From: Selaginella moellendorffii
Taxonomy: Eukaryota; Plantae; Lycopodiophyta
NCBI RefSeq assembly: GCF_000143415.4
Contig: NW_003314317.1
Coordinates: 788,296-852,295 of the forward strand
DNA: 64,000 bases
Direction of reading: 5' to 3'
Below, piece after piece: positions 20,634 through 32,029 of the stretch. The stretch's first letter is position 1. Each line of letters opens with the position of its first letter. Position numbers and translations under genes: made by a program. The notes beneath the pieces were generated by a model. That model was given only the letters and a program-made list of their open reading frames with translations. It was not told the DNA's origin and did not search any database.

Positions 20634-23600
20634 TCAAGGCACGTAAACAAAAGGCTCGGGAGGAGCTGGCTCCAAATCGACGCCTCCCATTGGGATTGGA
20701 GCGGCGGCGGGAGCTCCATTTGCTCCTCCTGCTGGAGCTGGCGACGCTGGCGAATCGGTGGAGACGAGCTCCACTGGCTCCGACGGCTCCAAGTCTCGCA
20801 GCATCACGAATCCCGCCGGAGTTCTCTTCACTGGAGCGTAGCGGCAGCCCTCCGGGAACCGGACATACTTCTCCTGGAGTGGGATCACTCGCGCTGGATT
20901 GCTCAAAACCTCGGAGGTGGCCTCGGGATTTACAGCCTTCTTCTCGACAGCACTGTCCACCTGGAACGGGATTCCAAAGTTTCAGCACAAGAACAAGAAC
21001 GGAAAGAGAGAGAGAGAGGAGAGATGGAGTTACCTCCATAGCCTCGCTGCCATCTTTCGCTGCTTCTTTCCCTGAGGACGATTCCTCCGGAGGTTCAGCA
21101 GTAGAAGCTGCTTCGGACGTGGCTGCCGTGGCACCTGTGCTACTGCCGACGTCCATCTGCGAGCTCGTATCAGGCTGCTTCTCTGCCTTCGTCTTCGCGT
21201 CTGTGTCTTTCTTTGCTTTCGACTTGGAGCGGCCGGACGTGGATAGAACCGCCGTGGGGAGCTTGATGTTCACGTTGACGGATGGAGGCGCTGTCGGCGC
21301 AGGATATGCAAACAACGCGGGCTTCGCATCAGAGATGATGTCAAACTTCGGCATCCTCAGCTCGTGGTTGAGTCCGATGAATGCTGTTGGTGCGAAAGAG
21401 AGGCTGACGAAGTACGTCAGCGGGTACCAGTACCAAAACTGGGTGAAAACGGCCATCCCCACGACTGCCATCACCCGGTCGTGACCAGTTCGCGACTGCA
21501 GAGATATGGTCACATTCCTGCCTCCGGCATCTAGTATACCATACGCCAGTATGGCTCCCATCTTGCTCATCGTGTCCTCGTGTTTGTCACTAACAATTTT
21601 GTCGAGTTGACGCCTGCGAGAGGAACATCACTTCTAAGCGTTATACTGCAAATAGCTGACAAACCTGAAAACAGCAACGTGAGGCTCTCGGGCTTCGGTA
21701 GCCTGCATCAGAACCATCGCCATAGCCATAAGTGCTCCCTGGCGAACAAAGTCCACAGCGTCTGACGTCAAAGGTTCCAGAAGCGAGATCGCCTCACTGG
21801 ACGCAGTTCCAGCACAGGAGATTCCGACAGCCATAGCCGCGCCGTAACGAACGTGAGCGTTGTACGACTCCGACAAAAGGGAGACAATTTTTGGAGTCTA
21901 AGAAAAAAAAGAAAAAGTTAGACGTCGTCATATGCAAGAGAAATAGTGAATCTTACCTGAGTAGGATCAGAACATAGCACGAATCCAAGAGCCAAAACTG
22001 CTGCTCTTCGGACATCGTCACTCACGTCCGAAACGGCAAAATGCAGCAGACGGCGGATAGCACTGTTGTTAGACGTGCCTCTATAAGCCAGAGCCAGGGC
22101 GTACATGCCACCATAGCGAAGAATAGGATCCTGATCCCTTGTCATCTGCTCGATCAAAGTATCTGCTTCTTCTTCACGACCATAGACAACCAGCGCTATT
22201 CCAAGAGCCAGCCCCCTTATAATCTTCTCGTGTTGTGTATCGTGAGCATACGTGAGCATTTCTCCGGCTTTATCGCTGGCGCTTCCAACCATAAGCAGAC
22301 CCATAGCAATCCCTGCCGCCTCGCCAGCGATGGCGCTGTCTGTATACAGTACATGTTTTATGTCTTCATAGATTTCATCGTCGGCAGTGCCCAGTGCGGC
22401 TAGTCCTAGTCCAAGACAAGCACCATGTTGGATCACCTGCATCACAAGTACCAAAACATTATTTACAAACGTCTTACTGAGAATGACGCTTACCTCATTG
22501 TTTGTTTTTCTCAAGCTTTCTAGTAAGAACGACTTGATTCCTTCACCGTGGTTAGCATGTATTAGTCCTAAAGCGTAAAGAGCTCCACCTTCCGAGTATG
22601 GACTTCCCCCACCAGTCCCACCATCTTGAGGTAGATATGGGGCCATTAAAGAGCGGCCCTGCTGCAAATGACCTCTGTGAATAACACCCAGCCCAGCCGT
22701 TGCACTAAACTTTGCCCAATTGGTGGCCCGACTCAGCCAATCCTAACAATATGCTCTTCAATCAGCCGCAGCATTAACAACAAAAAAAGAACGCTCACCA
22801 GATTATCGCGCAAAAACGTATCCACTGTTGTCCCCGCATGCATCAAAGCATTGGAGTATATTGTAGCGCTGTGACAAACACTGTTTCTCGTTTCAACTGA
22901 ATGCTTGATAGTCTTCAGAATAAGGAGGTCGGACCTGAAAACATAGCAGGCATAAGAATCGAGAAAGATAACAATGGTCTTACTTGTTACGGCTGTATAA
23001 AAACTGTAAAGTGAGATGGATAGGTGTTTCTCCAGAAAGAATGCCCTTCAATTTCCCCATCCTGTCGACATAGATATTATCCTGGGAATCCTCGACGTTA
23101 GTGGCTGCTTCTGCACTTGTTGAAACGTCCATCATTCCGTTTTGTTCTGTAGTTTCCGTATTTTCACCCCCGCCTGAACTACTTCCAGCCCGAGCCTCAG
23201 GCAAACGGTCCCTCACGTTTAGTAGGAACAGCTGATTCTCGTTTTCAAACAAATCGAAGGCGATCTGATAAGCCAAAAGTGCTTCGATCTGCCAATACGA
23301 GTAACAACTTCAGTATCAACGTTAACGGAAGCATTATTACCTTGTCTCCTTTGATAAGCTTGTCAAGAATATTAGCGACAGTTTGAGGATCATTTAGAAA
23401 CATTAGGCACTGGCAGACTGTGAGATAGTCCGGAGAATGGAGCCCCTGATGCTGGTTTACAATTAAACGGAGAACCTAGTCAAAGAAAAGGAAGAAAAGA
23501 TAGAAAAGGTTAGAGCTGAGTATGACAACACGGCTCGTTCACCTCTTGCCGAAACTCTCGCTTGTCAACATGAGTCCGAGCCAGCCGAAAGCAGTACGCA

Positions 23601-24344
23601 AGCATTCCTGGCACATTCTCACTCTTCCGGATGGCCTCCTGGAGTTTGTCAAGCCTTTGCGAGTCCAACGCCATGCCTATTGCTTGCTGATACTTTCTAT
23701 CCTGCATGCACCTAAGACGACACACGGTAAAAAAAATGATCAAAGACTCGCAGCAATGCCAGCTCACTTGTCAAGCATCCTTTCCACGATTGCAACAAGG
23801 CGAGGATCAATGGCGGTTGCCCCTTCCCCTTCTCGTGTTTTCCGAAGAGCGATATAGTGATCCAGGCATTTGGCTAAGAACAAAAGGATCAAACTCCATT
23901 CGCAGAAGGACGAGAAATAAAATTGCCATACCCACGAGTGTTCTGACATAGTCGGAGTCTTCCAGAACATCGAAGAGAGAGTTCGCACCTAGAGCGTAAG
24001 TTAGCGAGTCGTTGTGCTCGCCCAAATAATAGAACACCTAGAAACCGGTGTTAGAAAATTCCGCAGCTTGTAGAAAAATTCGCTCACCTTGGAAGCCACA
24101 AGCGCAGCGAGCTCTCTCTGCTCAAAATACTCATCCTCGTAGAAGCTCTCGCTGCCAGGGCACAGGATTTGTGAGAGATCTAAACGTGAGCTACAAACGC
24201 TTACATAGTGGAAATGCTTGCCGAAATCTCGTGCCAGAAGGAATCCGCGAGAGAGTTGAGATTGTGCAGCGCGTATTTCTTGAGCTGCGGCTGCTGCTCC
24301 TGCAGCATCGCCAACAGGCCGCTCGCCGTGCTGGCGACCGTCAT
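20634..24344 (-). CDS. RPN2: 26S proteasome non-ATPase regulatory subunit RPN2 (PSMD1), multi-exon
   Basis: [16 protein letters not shown]...[12 protein letters not shown]; PC-repeat region [78 protein letters not shown]...PPEPFVY. Confidence 0.97.
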
Positions 24345-24406
24345 CGTTGCTCCTCCCACCAAACCCTAGGGGATCCAAGAACCCTAAAAACACAATTTAC
24401 TGCTAA
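24345..24406. promoter_or_regulatory. 62-bp head-to-head spacer with telo-box (AAACCCTA) motifs
   Basis: RPN2 ATG at 24344 (-) and neighbour ATG at 24407 (+). AAACCCTAG at 24361 and AACCCTAA near 24380. Confidence 0.55.
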
Positions 24407-26388
24407 ATGTCCTTCCTCCGGGCCGATGATGCGGAGTGGATGCGCGAGCTGCCCGCGATCCCAAAGGCGCCGGCGGCCGCCACGACGCGATGCTTCGCGA
24501 GGTGAGGTCCCACATTTCTCTGGATCGATCGGCGCATCGCGATTTCTTTTTGGATTGCCAGGCGCGGCAAAGTGATTCGGCTGGATGACCTCGTTGTGGA
24601 CAACGATAAGGAGAAGCGGCAGAAGGAGCAAAAGAAGAAGCGGCGAGATGAGAGTAGCGAGAGCTCGGATGATGACGACGATGCCGCGACCGAGAGCCAG
24701 AAGAAGCTCGCGGCGCTCATCAAGAAATGCTCCGACGAGGTATGGGAGGGAAAGAAAAATTTCGTGGCTCTCACAAGAAATTCTTCCTGCGCAGCTGGGA
24801 GATGAATCCAGCATGAGAGATGCTCCAAAGTGGGGAGAGCAAGTTTTTGGAGCTCAGGTAATCTCACAAAGTTCTCTCTTTCTTTGTTCTTCTGTGCTAA
24901 CTTTTTCTCTAAGCAGGATCTTCCAGTGAGTCGTCTCGAGCTGGAGTCTATCCAATGGCTATCACTGGCCTCAAGGACTTCGCGTAGGGACCAAGCTAGC
25001 GAGGACGACGGTATATTTTTTCCAAGTGTAAGCTAGTCATTCTATCGATATTCTTGCGTCCAGGGGAAGAGTTTTTGCTGGATCTCCTTACCGGACAGTG
25101 GATGTTGCCGCTCTTTCTTCACGGAAAATCGAGCCCAGCTCTTCTGCCATACATCTTTGACAAAAGTAAGCTTTTGTTTTGGCCAGTTTCTCTCACTGAC
25201 GCCTTGAACAGTGACGTACTCTTCGAATACGCGCATCCAGCAAGCAGCCTGCTCACTGCTTTGCGAATACTTTCGTAAGCACGTAAATATCTGTTGTCTT
25301 GTGTTTTTCTCTTTGAAGCTATTATTTCTTTTTCCAGGGCGGTGAACTAGACTGGCACCCAGATTTTGTTCGGGTTCTTCGTTGTTATGGCTATCAAGAC
25401 GCTACTCCTCAGGCTTCAGGTCTGATCCTGCCCCTTTGATAATAAGTTAAAGAAAGCGATGTACAGATCCCGCGGGAGCAATTGGACCACCTACAAATTT
25501 TTCATATGTTCTAGAGTTCTTGGCGGTTTTGTCTCGATCAAGGTGAAATCTCTTGTCCTTGATCCAGCTCTCGTCTTACTGACGCGTTTTTATTCATCAG
25601 TTTCTTGCAGAAGTCGGAACCTGAGAATTATATTTTCATCTTGGCACGGTGTTTGCTGGATAGGAAGCTCCTTCCTTTTTTCTCCTCGATCCAAGACTGC
25701 ATCGCTCTTCTTGTCAACTACTTAACCGAGGATGAGTGGACGTTTTGCCTACCGAGGCTCGCACACTCGCTTGCAAGGTCTGGAAAAAATTATATCCATC
25801 TCTCTAAAGTTCTAACACTTGCGAGTTTGCACGATCCAGAGTTAGCAAAGAGCTCGTGAACGTCCTCCACGTAACCAGAAAGCTACGGGGTGCTCGCAAA
25901 CGGATACAGCAGCTTCGAAGGGAAATATCCTTCGAGCTCTTGTCAATGACAAACAATGAGGTATTCATCCTGCAAATTATACAAGAGAATACAAGAAAAC
26001 TGACCATACAGCTTTCGCGTTCTCCAGCTTGAAAGGCAGCCAAAACAGGTGATCTTCGCACTGGAAGGCTACGATCTAAAAGACAGTGTGGATTTCGTCC
26101 AGCTCTATTACCATATGGAGTTGGTTGATATGTGGCTGAGATATGATCCATCATTTAAGTCCGACGAGGAAGCCTTTAGCACTTGGATGTCTCTTTTGAG
26201 AGGCTTTTCCTTGCGGATCTTTTGTGGAGACTATCGAACTTTCGCCAACAAGGTTCTGCTTCTTGGGCATTTCTCTACATTTTTCTCTTCGTCGTTCTTC
26301 GTTTTTTTTTTTTTTTCCTGCGCAGGTCCGAAATCGAGCAGCATTCCTCGTCTCAATCTATTCGGAGAAATCAAGTTCTACTTCGTGA
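24407..26388 (+). CDS. Conserved plant protein resembling SMC5/6 accessory NSE6/SLF2 (CANIN/FAM178-type), multi-exon
   Basis: Exons splice to ...KVIRLDDLV...PKWGEQVFG...GPPTNF...ARCLLDRKL...LTEDEW...DFVQLYYHMELVDMWL...W..LLRGFSLRIFCGDYRTFANK|VRNRAAFL. The family call is from recalled similarity only. Confidence 0.6.
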
Positions 26389-26892
26389 TTTAAATCTGTG
26401 ATCTTCACTAGAGAAGAATTCATTTTTGTGGAGCTATCACGCGGAGAAGTAAATCTCCACGTTTTTGTGAATGCCTTCAAAAATTGAAGAAACTTCTTGA
26501 GTCTCTAAATTGGATTTTCCTTATTATTCTATCGTGCCCAGTTGTAGTTTGCTGGGAAGTATTTAGCCAAGCAAAAACGAGCTAGGGTCAGCCGCATTGG
26601 TCAAGCAAATTGCTGACCGAGATGGTCAATATGTCATGAAGCGTCGGAAAAAAAAAAACAAGAAAAAAAAAAAAGGACGCAGAGAAATGCACAAAACTAG
26701 AAAAGTTCGACAAAAGATCTGCAAGGAGAAACCTTTGAAAAGAGACATCCAAGTGTTAAAGGCTTCCTCATCGGACTCAAACAATATCAACTAGGCGATA
26801 GAGTTGAACGCTCTGATATGTCATAAAAATGTGGTGTTCCCGTTAGGGCAGCCGGTAGCAGCTCTTTTCTTCACGGTCTTCGTGAGCAGCCA

Positions 26893-28320
26893 ATGGTCCC
26901 CGAGCCCACTCATAGCAGAGGCGAGGACGGCGAGAAGCTCGAGGAGGCATGGCGTATCGCCATGGATTTGTTCCTCGAGTGGGACGAGGAGCTCCCACTC
27001 GCCTGGAAAGCTTTTCTCCAGTACCCCAAGCCGCTGCCACAGCTCCCCCAGCAAGTCATCGACACATACCCCGCCGTCTCTCCGCCGCCACTCCCCGAGC
27101 TCTGCCCGCTCGACTTCGAGATGCGCTGCTGGGGTTCCTTCAAGCACGACATGGATCGCTGGCTGGACGAGCAGCCGGACGACGAGCAACGCCTGGCTCC
27201 GCCACCTTGTCCCGCATCAAACTTCCGCGACGTCCTGAGCTCCATGCTCCATATGTCTGGACAGATCGAAGGCGTCTGCTGCGCGGCTCTGGGATGCTAC
27301 CCCGACTTCATGAACCGAGATCGTTCTTGTGATTCTGGGCGTAGGATGCGGCTGGTTGGCGTCATGGCCATGGAGATCGATGCTGCGACACTGGAGATTC
27401 AAGTTGCGCGGCTATACTCCTATATGCTGCTCACCGATTGCTACTTCGGCCTTGTCTCGTGCTACACCCAGACCTTTGCTTGCAAGAGGCTGCCGGGGTT
27501 GGAGAGATGCGTGTGGGTCTCGCCTCCAGTTCTCTCCGACAGTGGCGACGCGCTCAAGGCCTGTGCTTTTGTGGCTTCGCTGAGCCAGAGCTTTTCTCTT
27601 GGAGAAACTCCAACTCTCCCAGAGCTCCGAGTTCCAACGTACTGCAACTTCTTCTTTGCGAGCAGCACGGGGCCTCGCCCGTTTGATCGCGCGCCGATCC
27701 TTGCAAGGCTCCGGGTGCTGGGGAAGGAGCTGAGTGTCGCAAACATGGACAAGCTCGTCGAGGGGCTTGCATGGCTGGATGAGATCGTGGGGCGAATGGA
27801 GCAGCCTTCGTTCTTTTCGCACACTCGGGGAAGGATCACAGCTATGGGGGTGTATAAGGGCGAGTTCGTGCTTGTCAAGTTCCGGGATCTCTCAAACAGC
27901 CGGTTCAAGGACACGGACTCGTACCTCCGGAAGTTCTTGCGCGAGGTGGACGTGTATATGAGGCTGCGCGAGTTGCAAGGCGAAGTGATCCCCGAGCTGC
28001 TCCAGTATGGATTCATCAGGGGGGCGATGGTGTGCTTTGTGGTCATCACGGACCACGGCCGCGCCGTGAGAATGAAACCATGGGAGCAGCGTTTCTACAA
28101 TGGTCCCGAGCTGTGGGAGCACAAGAGTAGCATGGTGAAGTCGTGCTTGCGCAGGGTTCATGCTCTCGGGGTGCACTTTGGGGGAGAGCCCCTGTGGCTG
28201 AAAAGCGATCGAGGGAGTGAGTATATACTCATTACTATGTCGCATGGTTTTGTGGATGGTGATCGTGCCGGCATGGCCAAGGATATTGAGTTCGTTAACA
28301 AGGTATACCCTCAGCCATGA
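26893..28320 (+). CDS. Intronless restriction-endonuclease-fold + atypical (pseudo)kinase protein
   Basis: YPDF...QVARLYSYM...YFGLVSCYTQTF...VWVSPP, then VLVKF...FLREVDVYMRLRELQGEVIPELLQYG...LRRVHALGVH. The HGD and DFG catalytic motifs are absent. Confidence 0.65.
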   Translation: MVPEPTHSRGEDGEKLEEAWRIAMDLFLEWDEELPLAWKAFLQYPKPLPQLPQQVIDTYPAVSPPPLPELCPLDFEMRCWGSFKHDMDRWLDEQPDDEQRLAPPPCPASNFRDVLSSMLHMSGQIEGVCCAALGCYPDFMNRDRSCDSGRRMRLVGVMAMEIDAATLEIQVARLYSYMLLTDCYFGLVSCYTQTFACKRLPGLERCVWVSPPVLSDSGDALKACAFVASLSQSFSLGETPTLPELRVPTYCNFFFASSTGPRPFDRAPILARLRVLGKELSVANMDKLVEGLAWLDEIVGRMEQPSFFSHTRGRITAMGVYKGEFVLVKFRDLSNSRFKDTDSYLRKFLREVDVYMRLRELQGEVIPELLQYGFIRGAMVCFVVITDHGRAVRMKPWEQRFYNGPELWEHKSSMVKSCLRRVHALGVHFGGEPLWLKSDRGSEYILITMSHGFVDGDRAGMAKDIEFVNKVYPQP

Positions 28321-28491
28321 GAGTACTCAGACTGTTTTGCGAGATTTATAAGCTCATAAACTATATGCCGGATCCTAGTCAATTAAAAGTCAAAAAAGTC
28401 AAATAAAGTCAATGAAAATTTTAAAAAATCCACCTTTTGGAGTCTTTATCGAGTTTGATATTGATTCGAACGTTTAATAATTATTTCAAAT

Positions 28492-30258
28492 TTAAATATT
28501 CAAAAAGAGCGCACTTAGTGATACTTCATCGGCCACGAAAGGCATTGTTGCAGCAAGCTCCATGGCCTCCTCGACACGCCCTGCCCTCGCAAGCACGTCC
28601 ACGTATCGATTGAAGTGCTCGCGGCTGGCCTGAATGCCCCCATCCCCTTGCATCGACGCCACACACTGCGCCGCCTCCTCCACAAGCCCGGCGTGGGCAA
28701 ATGCCGCCAACGCACTCAGGTAGCTTGCGCCGCTAGGGCTCCATCCCTCGAGCTCCATCGCTCGCAAAGCGCTCACGCAAAGATCCACCCGGCCATTGCG
28801 CGCATATCCCTCGATCATCGCGTTCCAGGAGGTGAGATCGTGGCGAAACTGGAGCCCGGAAAAGAGCCGCTCCGCCGTGTCAAAATGCCCATTCGCGGCA
28901 CTTGCGACGATCATTGCGTTTGCGGCAGCCGCGTCTCTGTGAGGCATTCGAGAGAAGAAATTCACCGCCTCTTCCCACGACTTACTCTCGCCAAATCCTG
29001 CGATCATGGTGTTCCACGACACAATGTTTCTATCTCTCATCTCATCAAACAAATCTTTGGCTTTGTGCATATCTCCCCTCTCGGCTAATGCCGCTAGCAT
29101 CATATTCCAACACACTGTCGGCGCACGCTCCTTGATCCCCTCGAATATCCTCTCCGCGCCGTACGCGTCGCCATGGCGGAGATATGCTTGGACCAGCGTG
29201 GTCTCGGCCACCGCGTCCCGTACGGGCATCTGATTGAACACCCACTGGGCTTGCGCCACGCGTCCGGCTAGAGCATATACCGAGAGCATCGCCTTCCACG
29301 CCACGATATTCCACTGGGGCATCCGCGCGTGTGTGTTCCTGGCGGATTCCACGCGGCCGTGGTGAGCGAATGAGGGGATCATCGCCGCCCAGCAAACAAG
29401 ATCCCGGCACGGCAATGCATCGAAGAGCTCCTTGGCGCGGATCAATCGGCTGGACAGCGCAGTTGCGACGATGACACAGGTCCAGGGCGCGGCTCCCTGC
29501 TGCGGCATTCGCTCGATAATCCCCTCCGCTCGATCGATCCTGCCACCGCCCGCCAGCGCCGCGACGATCGCGTTCCAGGCGGCGGGATTTCGCTGCGGCA
29601 TCGCGTCGAAAATCTCCATGGCCAGCTCCGGCAACGCGCTCTTTGCGACAAGATCCATCATCGCCGTCCAGGAAACAGTGCTGCGCTCCGGCATCGAGTG
29701 GAAGATGGCGCTGGCGCGGTCGAAATCCCCGGTGACGGCATAGGCCTGGAAGATCGAGTTCCAGGACACGAGATCCTGCGCGGGCATCCTCAAGAACATA
29801 TCAGCGGCCGTTTCCATCCGGCCAGCGCTGGCGAATGCCGTGATCATCGTCGTCCAGGAGACGATATTTCGCCCTGGCATCGATAGAAACGCTTGCTCCG
29901 CGTGATCGACGCAGCTGCCATGCGAGAAGGCGAGGATCAGAGCGTTCCAAGACGCGACGCTCGGGTCGGGGATCTGATCAAACAGCCACATTGCATTCTC
30001 CATTTGCCCTTTCCAGGCAAATGCCGCAAGGAGGGAGTTCCAAGACACCGAGTCTCTCTGGGGCATCTTGTCCAGAAACTCTCTGGCGGTGTCTAAGAAA
30101 CCTAGCTTCGCGTATGCTGTGATCATAGAGTTCCAGGATACCTCGTTACGGAGCTCCATGGAATCAAAGAGGGATTTGGACCACTGGAGATTCCCGCTTT
30201 GGGCATATGACGTTAGGAGAATATTCAATGCCTTTGTGCTGCGCCTATGTCCCAGCAT
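28492..30258 (-). CDS. PLS-class pentatricopeptide repeat protein (tandem ~31-aa motifs, truncated E domain, no DYW)
   Basis: Repeated VSWN.M..A.A..G....A...F..MP.R units. Ends EHFNRYVDVLARAGRVEEAMEL...MPF..DEVSLSALFLNI*. First ATG at 30258. Confidence 0.85.
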   Translation of the reverse strand: MLGHRRSTKALNILLTSYAQSGNLQWSKSLFDSMELRNEVSWNSMITAYAKLGFLDTAREFLDKMPQRDSVSWNSLLAAFAWKGQMENAMWLFDQIPDPSVASWNALILAFSHGSCVDHAEQAFLSMPGRNIVSWTTMITAFASAGRMETAADMFLRMPAQDLVSWNSIFQAYAVTGDFDRASAIFHSMPERSTVSWTAMMDLVAKSALPELAMEIFDAMPQRNPAAWNAIVAALAGGGRIDRAEGIIERMPQQGAAPWTCVIVATALSSRLIRAKELFDALPCRDLVCWAAMIPSFAHHGRVESARNTHARMPQWNIVAWKAMLSVYALAGRVAQAQWVFNQMPVRDAVAETTLVQAYLRHGDAYGAERIFEGIKERAPTVCWNMMLAALAERGDMHKAKDLFDEMRDRNIVSWNTMIAGFGESKSWEEAVNFFSRMPHRDAAAANAMIVASAANGHFDTAERLFSGLQFRHDLTSWNAMIEGYARNGRVDLCVSALRAMELEGWSPSGASYLSALAAFAHAGLVEEAAQCVASMQGDGGIQASREHFNRYVDVLARAGRVEEAMELAATMPFVADEVSLSALFLNI

Positions 30259-30289
30259 TGGATTTTCATTGAGTGAAAAAGCGTTGAGG

Positions 30290-30885
30290 ATTTCCTTCTC
30301 CGTGTGATAGCTCCGCAAAAATCAAACAATGAATTCTTCTCTACCAAAAACCACAGATTTAAATGAGTTTGATTTTTCCGAATAGATTGAAACGAGGAAT
30401 GCTGCTCGATTTCGGACCTGCCCAGGAGAGAAGAAAAGAAAAACGACGAGAAGCATGTAAGACGCAGAGAAATGCAAAAACCCTGTTGGCGAAAGTTCGA
30501 TAGTCTCCACAAAAGATCCCTTTTTTCCTCATCGATCATATCTCAAAACCAGCTCTATACCTGGACGAAATCCACAGTCTTTAAGATCGTAGCCTTCCAG
30601 TGCGAAGATCATCAGTGTTAAAACTCTAGAAAGCTGGAAATAATTTCTCAGACCTTGCAAGCGAGTGTGCGAGCACTCATCCTCGGTTAAGTAGTTGACA
30701 AGAAGCAGGATGCAGTATTAAATCGAGGAGAAAAAACGGAAGATGAAACTATAGTTCTCAGGTTCCGACTTCTGCAAGAAACTGATGAATCAAAACTAAT
30801 AGAGAGAATTACTAGTTTACAGTTCGGAAAAAATACGCCATCGTCCTCTAGCACGAAAAAAAGAAAACTTTGAGATTACCTCACC
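30290..30885 (-). pseudogene. Fragmented copy of the 3' part of the NSE6/CANIN-like gene
   Basis: Contains VRNRAAFLVSIYSEKS, gatcttcgcactggaaggctacgat and gaagtcggaacctgagaa, matching 24850-26460 with deletions. Confidence 0.85.
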
Positions 30886-31460
30886 TTTCAAAGAAATTCC
30901 TCTAGGAGCACTACGAGGACAAACTAAATGCCGTTGATTTTATAGTGCTCATAGAGGAAATCCTTTGGAAGACCTAGCGTGGTTACTTTAATGACATTTA
31001 ATTAGAGTTGGAGAATTAACTTTATGGCTCTGGGGCAAGAAGATCACAGTTGTCTGGGTCTCTTTGAGCTTCACAATAGGCCTACGAAGAGAGGGAAATA
31101 AAAGACGCCAGTCATTCTCAATCCAGACAGAAGCTCCAGCAGGCAAGCTTCTTCTTGGGAACTCACTGGAAACTTTCAAGGAATCTGCAATGAGCTTGCA
31201 ATCCCTTGGTCACTGGTTCTGGACCTGGAAGAATCCCCACTCCTCGCATATCCTCTTTCGTTGGAGCTCCAAGACCTCGGGAGCCTAGCAAGATCGATCA
31301 GTGGACTTCCAGCATCACAAACCATTTCTTCCAGTTCCAGGCAAAGAGATTAGAGATAGAGAGAGGAAAAGCTTGTGAAAGAACTACACGAAGCAAAGGT
31401 ATGGTGGTCGCGAGCTCTAAATTGACTTGATCAAGAGAGAAAGAGATAAAGAAAGTATGC
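30885..31460 (-). pseudogene. Fragment of the 2OG-Fe(II) dioxygenase gene (5' UTR, part of exons 1 and 2)
   Basis: Reverse complement matches 41300-41710 and 42215-42400. Confidence 0.85.
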
Positions 31461-31669
31461 ATATAGATTGTTCATTGGAAGAAATACATTTAGTAACTTT
31501 GATCCACATTATGCAGTTGATATAAATATTACTCAAATTTATGACTTAAAAGTTTGTAACTATAATTAATAACCAACATTTTAGTCATTACATAAAAGTT
31601 ATAAATTGCAACTCTAACTAGTAACATATATGAAATTATCTAGTTTTAAAGTATATATTGTTAAACTGC

Positions 31670-31672
<3 letters not shown>

Positions 31673-31713
<41 letters not shown>
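31673..31713. repeat. (TA)n microsatellite
   Basis: Seen directly. Confidence 0.95.
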
Positions 31714-31717
<4 letters not shown>

Positions 31718-32029
31718 AAAGATTAACTCTATTTTTCAACTAAATTTTGTATAAATATACAAGTTATCACAAATTACAACATAAACTAAAGCCAATTTTC
31801 TAAGTTTATAGCAAGTAATTAAAATTTACAATTAAATTTAAAAAACACAAATAATTTATTAAAAAAATCATTATAATACTTTGTTTAGTAACAAATGGAC
31901 AGAATTTTTGTAATTTTGTATAAATTACTAATAGCAATATGAAATCAGAGGAAATCACCATCAAATTCTACACAATATAAAAAGAATAAAATAAAATAAA
32001 AGTAAGAAAGCATTTTCTATAGAATCTCT

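Noticed and set aside
20416-21570. 384-aa ORF as a stand-alone gene
   Set aside because: It is an RPN2 exon read through an intron; the real C-terminus is in ORF 20634-20960.
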